Part shown: in pieces, positions 37,945-49,022 of the stretch
Layout: every line of letters starts with the position of its first letter
Position numbering within the stretch: position 1 is the stretch's first letter
Source: Podarcis filfolensis
Lineage: Eukaryota
NCBI GenBank assembly: GCA_964270895.1
Contig: OZ185439.1
Length of the DNA stretch: 64,000 nt
Reading direction: 5' to 3' (one strand)
Notes under the pieces: model-generated
Told to the model about the DNA's origin: nothing
The model's input: only the letters and a program-made list of their open reading frames with translations
Databases searched by the model: none
Translations under genes and position numbers: made by a program

Positions 37945-38320
37945 GGTTGGTCTATCTGATTAGACGGTTTGAGCATATTACACCAATCCTGGCCCGACTG
38001 CACTGGCTGCCAGTTAGTTTCCAGGCCCAATTCAGAGTGCTGGTTTTGACCTATGAAACCTTAAGCAGCTCAGGACCGCAATACTTCAAGGGCTGCCTCT
38101 CTCCACTTGAACCCTGCAATCATTACCTGAGGCCCTTCTTCATGTGCCTCCTCTGTAAGAGATCCGGAGGGTAGCAACATGCGAATGGGCCTTTTCTGCG
38201 GTGGCTCCCCATTTGTGGAATGCTCTCCCTAAGAGAGCATTCTGGCACCTTCATTACATGTCTTTAGGTGCCAGGCAAAAACATTCCTCTTCAACCAGAC
38301 CTTGGGCTGTTTAATATTCT
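37945..38320 (+). mobile_element. Degraded L2 fragment
   Basis: RRFEHITPILARLHWLPVSFQAQFRVLVLTYETL. Confidence 0.8.
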
Positions 38321-38825
38321 ATGGCAGAGGTTCCCAAACTTATCAGACCTACCACCCCCTTTTCAGAAAAAAATTACTCAGTGTCCCCTGGAAATCTACC
38401 TTCTTTAAGTGAACAAACAGAAAGATGCATTGTCAAAATTGCGTTCTTTATGTATCTGTGTTTCTGCCTACGTCCTACAACGTAGTGAAGAAAGACGTTG
38501 TTGTAATTAGGCAGGCAAGCTTCCCAGGCCTGGGTGAAGCCAAAAAGGGGTCACCCAAGCCCTGGAAACCCCTACTCCTCCAGCTTGAACCCCAGATCCA
38601 GGGGAAGCGTTGTTGTCGTCCCACAACATTGTTCTGAAAGTTGTTCTGTGATCCATTGCCAGCAGGTGGGACCTTCAATAAAGTTTTACAGTGTGTAGTG
38701 CTTCTATGGACAGTTATGGCAAAAAAGTTGATTTAGCTTAAAGTGACAGAGGTATCCTCTTATACTGAATAGTTTTCTTGGCATTGCTGATGTAGTGAAT
38801 ATTTTGTGCTGTGCTACTCTTCTAG

Positions 38826-38972
38826 GGGATTATCTGGGAGGTGAAGCTTACTGGGCTGGAGGTCTGCATTTGTACACTCCTCTCCCTTTTCGGCCTGGCC
38901 GGGGAGGATTTGGAGATCTGTTCAGAACACACTTCTTTCTCAACGCTGGCAATCTCTGCAATCTTAATTATG
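38826..38972 (+). CDS. SAMM50: SAMM50 exon 13
   Basis: tctag/gtaaga; 147 nt; [48 protein letters not shown]. Confidence 0.97.
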
Positions 38973-39164
38973 GTAAGAAGCAAATACATTGGAGCCCCCC
39001 CCCCACCTTTTAAGGCATTTTAACTGTTTCTGCAAAAATTATGTTTTTTAAATTGAGTGTTTTAAAATATTTTACTGCCTTGTACCTGGAACAGAACTTG
39101 GGCTACTGGCCATGAAAACATTTGGTTATTGTCTCATTCTCATTGGCTTCCTTTCCATTCCCAG

Positions 39165-39306
39165 GTGAAGGTCCTAAGGCTCATCTTCGTAAACTAGCAG
39201 AGTGCATCCGGTGGTCTTATGGTGCTGGAATAGTTCTCAGGCTTGGAAACATTGCTCGATTAGAACTCAATTATTGTATCCCAATGGGAGTACAAAGTGG
39301 GGACAG
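39165..39306 (+). CDS. SAMM50: SAMM50 exon 14
   Basis: cccag/gtatgt; 142 nt; [46 protein letters not shown]. Confidence 0.97.
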
Positions 39307-39956
39307 GTATGTTCAGCTATTCTAAATTGCCTTTCCACCTAATATATGTTAAAAAAATATAAATAAGCTATTTTACAGCTTCAAAACTGTAAAATCCACT
39401 ATATGCTCCTCTCTAATCGCATACCAACATAAAAGAGCTGATAGCATATCCTCTGTTCAAGGCCCAGTGACTTGCAAAGCTATAAGATGAAAAGAATACT
39501 AGAGAGCTAAAAAAAACCCCTAGTGATTCTCTTTTCTCCCCCTCCCTGCCAAGTCATCTAAAACTAGACAGATTTGTTGCTTAATTGCTTCCCTGGAGAG
39601 AATGTCACAGGGAAAGCCTTTCTCCTTAAACTTTCTGCAGAAGCAGGATTCAGAGCGTGACTTCATCTGCCTATCATAAAAAGGGGACACTGGCTGATAT
39701 AGGGGGGGAAAGCCATGCAATGCTTTATAGGTGCATTAGAAACAGCACTTTGAGTCACACTCATACTCATATTAACATCCAGCACAGCTGAGCAACCATT
39801 GGTTTGGTCTTCTTTCTGCACCATCTGTCAACCTAGTTGTATGCTAATGATGTTAGGGACAGTCTCATGGAACACACTAGAGTAATTTGATTTTCAAGAG
39901 AACCAAGACATGTTCCTTGTTCTCTGAGAAGAGGTGCAGTTAATATATGAGATGTA

Positions 39957-40630
39957 CACCTGTGTGCAAATTAATTGAAACAAACGATGTAGTTTATTGT
40001 ACAAAACTCACATATACATGTACAAAACTCACATATACGTATATTAGTAATGGATATGACCTCCGCTATTTTTAAGCAGCATTTGAACAAGGTTTAGCAT
40101 GGAGTCTAATAGTTTCGAACAGTCACTGTTGATTTTCTGACCCTGTACCACACTTGAATCAGTGCCTGAATGAGCTTCTCCATAGTCGTACAGTCTGCAG
40201 CACGGAGGCGACTTTTGCCTATAGCCCACAAATTCTCAATGGGATTTACGTCCGGGGAATTCCCTGGCCAATCAAGTACCTGTATTTGCTGCTCTGTCAT
40301 GAATTTCTTCACCACTTTTGACGTGTGACAGGGGGCTAGGTTATGCTGCAATATCCCAGTACTGTCAGATACCTCTTTTCCAGCTCTGGAATAACTCTTT
40401 TTCGTAGAACCTCAATATCAGGCATAGGCAACCTCAGCTCTCCAGATGTTTTGGGACTACAATTCCCATCATCCCTGACCACTGGTCCTATTAGCTAAGG
40501 ACCATGGGAGTTGTAGTCCCAAAACATCTGGAAGGCCGAGGTTGCCTATGCCTGCTCAATATATTGTGGCGAGCGCATCATTCCTTCTATTTGCTGCAGG
40601 CTTCCAATACCATAATGATCCACTGACTTT
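39957..40630 (-). mobile_element. Tc1 transposon relic (right end plus DD34E transposase C-terminus), interrupted by a hAT MITE
   Basis: GIGSLQQIEGMMRSPQYIEVLRKRVIP...QHNLAPCH...WPGNSPDVNPIENLW; TA plus TIR-like cacctgtgtgcaaattaattgaaaca at 39957. Confidence 0.88.
40419..40554. mobile_element. hAT-type palindromic MITE, 136 bp
   Basis: TIR caggcataggcaac; perfect 8-bp TSD ctcaatat. Confidence 0.92.
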
Positions 40631-40648
40631 TCGTGTTTGTTTTGAGTA

Positions 40649-40890
40649 CAGTGGTACCTCAGGTTACATACGCTTCAGGTTACATACGCTTCAGGTTACA
40701 GACTCTGTTAACCCAGAAATAGTACCTCGGGTTAAGAACTTTGCTTCAGGATGAGAACAGAAATTGTGCAGTGGCGGTGCGGCAGCAGCAGGAGGCCCCA
40801 TTAGCTAAAGTGGTGCTTCGGGTTAAGAACAGTTTCAGGTTAAGAACGGACCTCCGGAATGAATTAAGTACGTAACAAGAGGTACCACTG
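40649..40890. mobile_element. Tigger-like MITE, 242 bp
   Basis: Same family as 17632, opposite orientation; TA TSD. Confidence 0.92.
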
Positions 40891-41446
40891 TACAGGATTA
40901 CGAGTAAGATAGAAAACATGCTTTGTTTCAATTAATTTGCAAAAGGGTGTAACTGATAAAAGCTCTCTTGGCCATTGCTGCCTCTTGGGAATCCAGGAGA
41001 ATTTCTAGACTGCAAATTTCTTCTCAGAAAGTGCATTTTTATCAAGGATGGACAGTTTCATTGGATTCAGCTTCCAAGTTGAAGCACAGTTTCAGAAACA
41101 GAACTACCAATGTGAATTTAGGTGGGGGAAAAATGCAATCTGGTCTCATCAGCAAATTTTAGTAGGCTCCTATTTAATTGTCAAGCTTAATGGAGAATAA
41201 AACTTCAGCATGCTCATATGCATGTTTGTTCAGAAGCAAATTACACTGTTTTAAGTGGGGCTTACTCCCAGGTACGTGCACATAGGATCATAGCTGAAAT
41301 CTATAATCTTTAATTAGTGACATAAAGCCAAGAAGTGAGACAAATATTCTGCTTAAAGGTCAGCAAAATGTAAAGCGTTATCTCAAGCTAAAATTGCATT
41401 TATTACAGTACATTGCATATCATACTAATTATTTTTGTTTTTCCAG

Positions 41447-41492
41447 AATATGTGATGGAGTTCAGTTTGGAGCTGGAATAAGATTCTTGTAA
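41447..41492 (+). CDS. SAMM50: SAMM50 terminal exon 15 (beta-signal)
   Basis: ttccag acceptor; ICDGVQFGAGIRFL then TAA. Confidence 0.97.
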
Positions 41493-41608
41493 TGTCACAG
41501 TCGTTTCATAATATCACTGGGCCAAAACGAGCCCCTGACTTCAAGAGTGGCACAAAGATGTCCCAGAGGATTTTACCGAAATATAATTATGTATGAAGGG
41601 TTTACTTC

Positions 41609-41760
41609 AATAAAGAAACTTGCTTTAAAAAGTTGCTTTATGGTGTGATGCATTCTTGATTTCTTCAAAAACTTTAAAAAATAAAAAAATCAGGACTTGG
41701 AAAACAGCAACCTGTAACTCAGTTTGAGGACTCACTTTTGCCAAGGGAGACACAAATAAA
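41609..41760 (+). terminator. Candidate SAMM50 polyadenylation signals
   Basis: AATAAA at 41609, 41680 and 41755, 120-270 nt after the stop; the site actually used cannot be determined. Confidence 0.6.
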
Positions 41761-43137
41761 ACTTGCATTTGGTATAGCTGAAGGTGTTATTAGGGCTGGT
41801 CAGTTAACTCGTCCTTTGAGAAGAATGAGTGGAGGAGCCACATCTCTGCTGTGCATGTGCTAGGAGGGGCATAATATCGTATTACTGTACTTGGGTTTGC
41901 ATCTATAATCCTACCTGGAAACAAAGCTCCATGGAAACATTGAATATGTTGATATGTTTAGATTAAAGGAGTAAAGCGGAAAGAACAACATTATCTAGGA
42001 ATGTTATAAAGAGAGAAAAATCCAAAATCTAAAGAGTGCAATGATTGTATCAAACTTAAAAAATAAGGAAGTTGTGGTGTGGTGGAGGGAAGTCGGGTGT
42101 GGTGGTGGAAAGCGATTGTGGGCAGGAAGGATTTATGTTTGTGTAAATAATAGTGCATTTCTGTGTGCTTTTGTTTGGGTAGCATGTACGTTTCTTTTGC
42201 TCCTTTTTGTATTAAAAAACCCCTCAAAAATTAAAAAAGGAAAAAGAAAGAAAGTGAGGGTTAGGGTTGGCTCACACATGCATTTCATATCACTTAGTGC
42301 CGCACAGTTGAATGTATGAATGGGCTCTTATCAAAAAGCACAGTGTTTGAGGCAGCATGAAAAGTTCTGCCCATGGCTATTTTTTTTTTTACTGCTATTC
42401 ACAAATGTGAAGAAAATGCTGGAGGCTGTTTTTAGGTACAAGTTAAACACGTTTAGGGTTTGGTATCCATATTGAAAGGGCTTGCTTTGCAGATGTGTGA
42501 TCAGAGACGGTTTTTCAGGGCGTATCAGAACATTTCTCGAGGGAAAGGCAACTGTTTAGATGACTAACAGAGCTTCTTCCTGTTCTGCTATTTTAGATCC
42601 TGACTTTGCTGCTCAGCAGTCCCTCTTCCATTAAAGAGGAACTAAATGCTTGGTGTCTCACTCATCTTCACTTGACACAAGCCCTACACTTTCTACGGTG
42701 TGGGTGACTTGCAAAGAGAAGCAACAGCTAGGCCCAGCCAGGGCTGCTCTTCAGTTACAGGAGCACCTTTGACTCTCTAAAGGCAGGGAAAGCTCGGTGC
42801 ATTGTGTCTCATCTTTATATGATGGCAAATGCACTCTTAAGCTTTTAATTATATTATCCAGTTATATAGTAAGAAAATGCTGGATCAGGCTAATGATCCA
42901 TCTAGTCCAGCATCCTGTTCTCACAGATGCTAACCAGATATCTGTATTAGTCCAGTAATGATGCACAGTATGTGCATTCTTTGATTTTAGCAATAATTGT
43001 ATAATTCCAGTTAATTTCAGTTTACTGTGACTTTTCTTCTATGCATCACCATAATTTATTTTCTGTTAAGATGATCCTGAGGCCTTGGCAGTGGTCCCAT
43101 TCAAACAGCTCAGAATAGCTAACATAGTACTAGCAGT

Positions 43138-43363
43138 TACAGATAGGTAGCCGTGTTGGTCTGCCATAGTCAAAACAAAAAAATTTTTTTTCCTTCCAGT
43201 AGCACCTTAAAGACCAACTAAGTTAGTTCTTGGTATGAGCTTTCGTGTGCATGCACACTGTGTATCTGAAGAAGTGTGCATGCACACGAAAGCTCATACC
43301 AAGAACTAACTTAGTTGGTCTTTAAGGTGCTACTGGAAGGAAAAAAAAAATTTTGTTTTGACT
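43138..43363. mobile_element. Penelope-like element remnant (inverted terminal repeats)
   Basis: ~92-bp inverted arms with a 15-bp spacer; 14-bp TSD atagtactagcagt; sequence of the reptile Penelope type (ctgaagaag...cgaaagct). Confidence 0.8.
43262..43299 (+). ncRNA. Minimal type I hammerhead ribozyme motif
   Basis: Stem I GUAU/AUAC, core CUGAAGA, extra A, stem II GUGUG-CAUG-CACAC, GAAA, palindromic stem III AGCU, CUC cleavage triplet at 43293-43295; activity not demonstrated. Confidence 0.75.
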
Positions 43364-44166
43364 ATAGTACTAGCAGTGATGGAGATGGGAGGTGATGACG
43401 ATTGAGAAGGAGAATCTTCTAAAGCTTGAACAGGAAAGAAGCAGTGCAAGGAAGGCAATACGCAGGTTTCCTCTTTGCAAGGTGGCCACTGGTATTAGAG
43501 TCACAAGCAATATACCTGGCATTAGTAGGTGGAGAAAAATGCATTGCTCACCACTGGTGATGTAACAGGTGCTGTCCAATAGGTGCCCATGGCACACATG
43601 CAACTGCGTTCCACACAACACTCTAAATCTCATTTCCCCTACCATCTTGGGAATGAGCCTCATTTTCCTAGCAATAAGACTGGTGATATCCCAGTCACTT
43701 CCTTGTCATAAGAAATTTGGATAGCTACATTTGTTGCATTCTAACGGATATTTTCCTTGTTCTGTTCACATTATCTACAGCTTTGGCAAAGGCAAGAAAC
43801 GCTATGTTGATAAGCATGCAGCTTCATGATGATTGTAGAGTTGGTAGGAATCCCAAGGGTCATCTAGTCCAACCCCCTGCAATGCAGAAACCACCACCAA
43901 CCACCATGACTGATGGCCATCCAAACTCTGCTTAAAAACCTCCAAGGAATCACACACACATATAATGTGTGTCACTGCTACATATTGTGAAATGATATTT
44001 TGCATGGGTCATACCATTACCAAACGGTGTGGGAAAAGGGTGACGCGAACACTTGTCAGGCCTCACTAGGTGGTGTTTCGATACCCTCCCCAAGTGATTA
44101 GACAACCTTAGAAGACATCTGAAGGCAGCCCTGAATAGGGAAGTTCTTTAAATGTTTTATTTAACG

Positions 44167-44557
44167 TTTCCGAGCACAATTCAAAGTGTTGGTGCTGACC
44201 TTTAAAGCCCTAAACGGCCTCGGTCCAGTATACCTGAAGGAGCGTCTCCACCCCCATCATTCTGCCCGGACGCTGAGGTCCAGCGCCGAGGGCCTTCTGG
44301 CGGTTCCCTCATTGCGAGAAGCAAAGCTACAGGGAACCAGGCAGAGGGCCTTCTCGGTAGTGGCGCCCGCCCTGTGGAACGCCCTTCCAGCAGATGTCAA
44401 AGCGATAAACAACTACCTGACATTCAGAAGACATCTGAAGGCAGCCCTGTTCAGGGAAGTTTTTAACGTGTGATATTTTACTGTATTTTTGGTTTTTATG
44501 GAAGCCGCCCAGAGTGGCTGGGGAGGCCCAGCCAGATGGGCGGGGTATAAATAATAA

Positions 44558-44610
<53 letters not shown>
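44167..44610 (+). mobile_element. Young L2-clade LINE 3' fragment with (TTA)n tail
   Basis: Nearly identical to the 31 kb copy (79 of 80 shared residues). Confidence 0.92.
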
Positions 44611-44979
44611 GTTTCTATATTTGTTGGAAGCTGCCCAGAGTGCCTGGGGCATCCCAGTCCGAGGGATGGGGTGACAACAACAACAACGACAACAGGATGT
44701 CCCTATTTTCATCGGCGACATCCTTCTGAATAGTTTTGCCACTGCGGAAGAAGAGAAACGTTGCGCGCGCGCAAGGGCAGTCCAGCATTCCTTTTGTGGG
44801 GCACTCGCTCCGTCTTTCCCCTTCTCACGGCAGACTGGCACTCGGCACATGCCCAGAAGAACCACCGACCTGGGTTTAGTTCTCTTTTCTTGTTAAAGAG
44901 AGCGGTGGTGGCCCTTCTCCAGCGAGGCACGTGCTCAGAGGCACTCCCCCTCCCGTTACTCTTTGTTACGGCGTTTGCT

Positions 44980-45620
44980 TCCCCTCGAAGGCAAGCCTTT
45001 GCCGGCGACAGAGCAGCCTCGCCCGCTCGCCCGTCCCGCCCCTCCTGCCGCCGGACCCGCCCCTCGGCCTCCCGCGCCACCGGCGGGCGCTGCGCTCTCC
45101 GGGCAGACCCTCCGGCCCCGCCGGGGATGCGCCCTTGCGCGCGCGCGCCCCGCCTCCCCTCCCGTTGCGCCCCGCGGCGGGCTGCGTGTCTCCCGGCTGC
45201 CGGCGCCGCTGCGGGCCTCCGGGCGCCCTCCCTCCGCGCCTCGCCCCCTCGCCGCCCCGGGCGCGCCCATGTCCTCCACGCCGGTGCGCTCGCCCACCCT
45301 GCGGCCGCACAGGATGAAGAAGGACGAGTCCTTCCTGGGCAAGCTCGGCGGGACGCTGGCCAGGAAGAAGAAAGCCCGAGAGGGTGAGCGGGGCGCCGGG
45401 AGGGCGGGGGGCCCGGAGGGCGACGAGGAGGAGGAGGAGGAAGACCAGGCGGCCTTCCGTGGGGGGCGGGGGGACTCGCGCAGCCCGGGCTCGTGGCATA
45501 GGATCGCGGCTGCGCGCTGCCTCTCCGCTCGGAATGCCGAGCTCCCAGCCCAGCCCGCCGCCCTCTGATGATTTCCAGTTGTCTGGAAACTTTCCTGGCG
45601 GCGCGGCTGGTTTCTCGTGG
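44980..45620 (+). promoter_or_regulatory. PARVB CpG-island promoter
   Basis: Dense CpG, GC boxes and (CG)n runs surrounding exon 1. Confidence 0.85.
45269..45383 (+). CDS. PARVB: Beta-parvin (affixin) coding exon 1
   Basis: MSSTPVRSPTLRPHRMKKDESFLGKLGGTLARKKKARE plus gtgagc donor, in a CpG island. Confidence 0.96.
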
Positions 45621-45864
45621 AGGTAGCCGGGGACAATGCAAGGGGAAGGGGCTGAGGAGAAGTTCCCCGGGAGTTCTCTTCTGTCTCCTGTAAGACGAGC
45701 GAGGCTTCCGTGGGGTGATGCGCGGGGTAGAGTTGTGCCAGATGACGGTGCCAGCTGGCGCAACGGGCTCCCCTTGGAGGAGCAGCTCAGATCTCACTTC
45801 TGCTGCAAACGGGTAGCTCTGTTTGTAAACCCCTGTATCTTCCTGCCTTTTCAATTTGGGAATA

Positions 45865-46079
45865 CAGCGGTACCTCGGGTTACATACGCTTCAGGTTACA
45901 GACTCCGCTAACCCAGAAATAGTGCTTCAGGTTAAGAACTTTGCTTCAGGATGAGAACAGAAATCGTGCAGCGGCAGCAGGAGGCCCCATTAGCTAAAGC
46001 GGTGCTTCAGGTTAAGAACAGTTTCAGGTTAAGTACGGACCTCCAGAACAAATTAAGTACTTAACCCGAGGTACCACTG
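45865..46079. mobile_element. Tigger-like MITE, 215 bp
   Basis: Same family with small internal deletions; TA TSD. Confidence 0.92.
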
Positions 46080-46939
46080 TAATGATGCCTTTCTCCCGCA
46101 CACGGTTGTTGTAAAGGTGATCAAGAAATGATATTATTGGTGATTTGCGAGGGGCGAGACAGGTCCCCACCCTTCTCTGGAGGGCTTCCATGGCTTTGAT
46201 AGGTGCACTGCAGGCAGAAATGGCAGGGGAAGCTTTTCCTTCTATGGTATCATAGAATCATAGAGTTGGGAGGGACCCCTAGGGTCATCTAGTCCAACCC
46301 CTTGCAGTGCCGGAATCTCAACACATGGTCACCCATCCAATGAAAAACTTTTTTTTATTGTTGCTGCTAAAGGCACAGATGGAAGCACATTCGGGGAAAG
46401 GAATGTGGCAACTTGGTGCTTCAAATATAGGTCATGATTAGTGGAGAGAGACAACTTATCAAAGTATGCAAGAGGTTAGCAGACTCGCACACATATAGTG
46501 TGAGGGCCTAGAATAAGGGGAGGGGGGAGGGGGGAGGGTTCCCACCCTCTCTTTAGAGGGAAGGGAAGCATTGAACAAGCCATTCCTTGAAATCCTTACA
46601 TTAGTAAATCAGAATCCTTTGACTAATTTCACATTGTAGCTGAGACGTATTTAAATGGATGTATTTCTTAACCACCCCAGAAATTGGAACAAGTGCTCAA
46701 TAAACAGCAAATATGATTTAACCTCTGCACAGACTTTGTGCAAACAAATGGGGATGGATGCTCAACAAACCGCTTGTCTGAAGGAGTCCTTGCTGGAGGA
46801 GGCAGCCGCGTTGCACAACTACAGCTCTCCTCACCATTGGACATACCTGAGGGCCAGAGATTTCCTATCCCTGAGCTAAATCTCATTGCATCTTACTACC
46901 ACCTGATGGGGATTTAAGCACGGGTTGCTTGTCAAAAAG

Positions 46940-47283
46940 ATAAAGGTAAAGGGACCCCTGACCATTAGGTCCAGTTGTGACCGACTCTGGGGTTGCAGCA
47001 CTCATCTCGCTTTATTGGCCGAGGGAGCCGGAGTACAGCTTCCGGGTCATGTGACCAGTATGACTAAGCCGCTTCTGGCGAACCAGAGCAGCGCACGGAA
47101 GCGCCGTTTACCTTCCCACTGGAGCGGTACCTATTTATCTACTTGCACTTTGACGTGCTTTCAAACTGCTAGGTTGGCAGGAGCAGGGACCGAGCAATGG
47201 GAGCTCACCCCGTCGCGGGGATTCGAACCGCCAACCTTCTGATTGGCAAGTCCTAGGCTCTGCGGTTTAACCCACAGCACCAC
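46940..47283 (-). mobile_element. Sauria-type SINE, near full length
   Basis: Reverse complement of the 2979 copy with aaaggtaaaggg tail. Confidence 0.92.
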
Positions 47284-48770
47284 TACCCTTGAGCTAAACC
47301 CAACTCCACAAAAATGGCTCTACTCTGTCTTGAAATGTGGTTCACTGCACACCAGAAACTGGATGCTAATCCACCATTGTATAGGCTAGTGGTATTTTCT
47401 CTCCACCTCCCCAGCTCCAAGGTATTTATATGCAACTTTTTTCACAAGTAAATCTGTTCTCAAAGCTGTTCACAGGGGGAAAAGTGGCTTACACCTCCCA
47501 GTCCTATTCATGTTTATTTGGAAGTTCAATGTGAAGAAACAGGGGGGCATTGGGTGTCTTTTAGGGCACATTCCCCATTCATACGAGGTAATTGTGATGC
47601 CAGCAGATCTGATAAGTGTCTTGCAGACAGAAGGTCCCAGATTCAGTCCTTGGTGTACTGGGATAGACTCCTGCCTGAAGCCCTGGAGGACTCCTGTTGG
47701 TCAGCGGGTAGAGTAGACCGTCCTGAGTTAGAAGGAGCAACTTACTTTGAGGGAAGCTGCCCAGAGTGGCTGAGGCAACCCATTCAGATGGGTAGGGAAC
47801 AAATTATTAATAAATTTCCAAGTCATAAGTTGAGTTTGTTGTTGTGAAAGTTACACAGGGTTTAGAAAAATGTTGCAATGAACACATGAGGACTAAGCTG
47901 CAGTCAACTGGCAGGAAATCCAGCAGTCACTTCCTTCAGTTGTGTCTGTTTTGATTTCTGAGCTGATCAAAAATGTTCTTGGCTTTGATGTAAAAGATTG
48001 GGGAAGTGTTACCAGCATTCTTTTGAATGGCTATTAAAACAACTCATTTTAAATGAACTTAACAGTGGAGCACTTAGGTCCTATTTAAATGTAATGCCTT
48101 GTAAGAAAACTCATCTGTTTCCTGGACTTCCTTGCCTACGCTTAGTGTTTTCGTCCCAGGGAGCGTGTGCCAGGGGAGCATGGCACCAGCATGTGAGCTT
48201 TGCAAGTAGAACAGTTGAACTTTAAGCATGGAACCAGTTTCATGGCATGCACCAAAGGCTGCCCAAGATGGCATCTGAATTAGGATATTTACCTGGGAAA
48301 AATTCTGCAGATTTTCCAGGGACGTGTTTAGGATGGCACCCTGATGGAGCCTGACCTTAAACACGTTTCCTTGGAAATTAAGTCCCACTGCGTACAGGAG
48401 GACTTACTCCATTGTAAGCATGCTGAGAACTGTAGTTTTCAAGAAGATAAACACAAGCGCATCGCTTCCCAATGTGGATCAAAGGAAGTTGCTTCCCTTC
48501 CCCCTCCCTTTCCTGCCGGACTTCCTAGCTTGCCACATTTCCTTTCATTATTAACATTTTAAAATGCAAAGGTTTGCAGCTGTTTTCTCTAGATCATCTG
48601 TTCCCAAGCTGTAAAATGATGTGCTTAGAGCTGGGGCTTAATTTGATCCAGTGCTTGCCAGCAGTGATGGAAAGACCCGCTCAAGGTTATTGGCCATTAA
48701 TCTGTTGTTCAGTTTCCCATGCAGACCAATGCTGGTGAGTCAGTTTGGCCTTTGTGCCCTTTCTGATGCC

Positions 48771-49022
48771 CTGGGCATCAGCAAACTTTTTCAGCAGGGT
48801 GCCGGTCCATTGTCCCTCAGACCTTGTGGGGGGCTGGACTATATTTTTTTGGGGGGGGGAGAATGAATTCCTATGCCCCACAAATAACCCAGAGATGCAT
48901 TCTAAATAAAAGCACACATTCTACTCATGTGAAAACACACTGATTCCTGGACCGTCCGCAAGCCGGATTGAGAAGGCGACTGGGCTGGCCCTGGCCCCTG
49001 GGCCTTAGTTTGCCTACCCATG
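48771..49022. mobile_element. hAT-type MITE (family of the 60347 copy)
   Basis: Near-identical body to 60347-60680 with degraded termini. Confidence 0.8.

Noticed and set aside
44709-45854. Long overlapping ORFs (up to 381 aa) on both strands
   Set aside because: Stop-poor GC-rich CpG island; low-complexity Arg/Pro/Gly/Ala translations; only 45269-45383 matches a real protein (PARVB).
46517-46538. G-rich run with G-quadruplex potential
   Set aside because: Simple (GGGGGA)n low-complexity tract with no other support for function.
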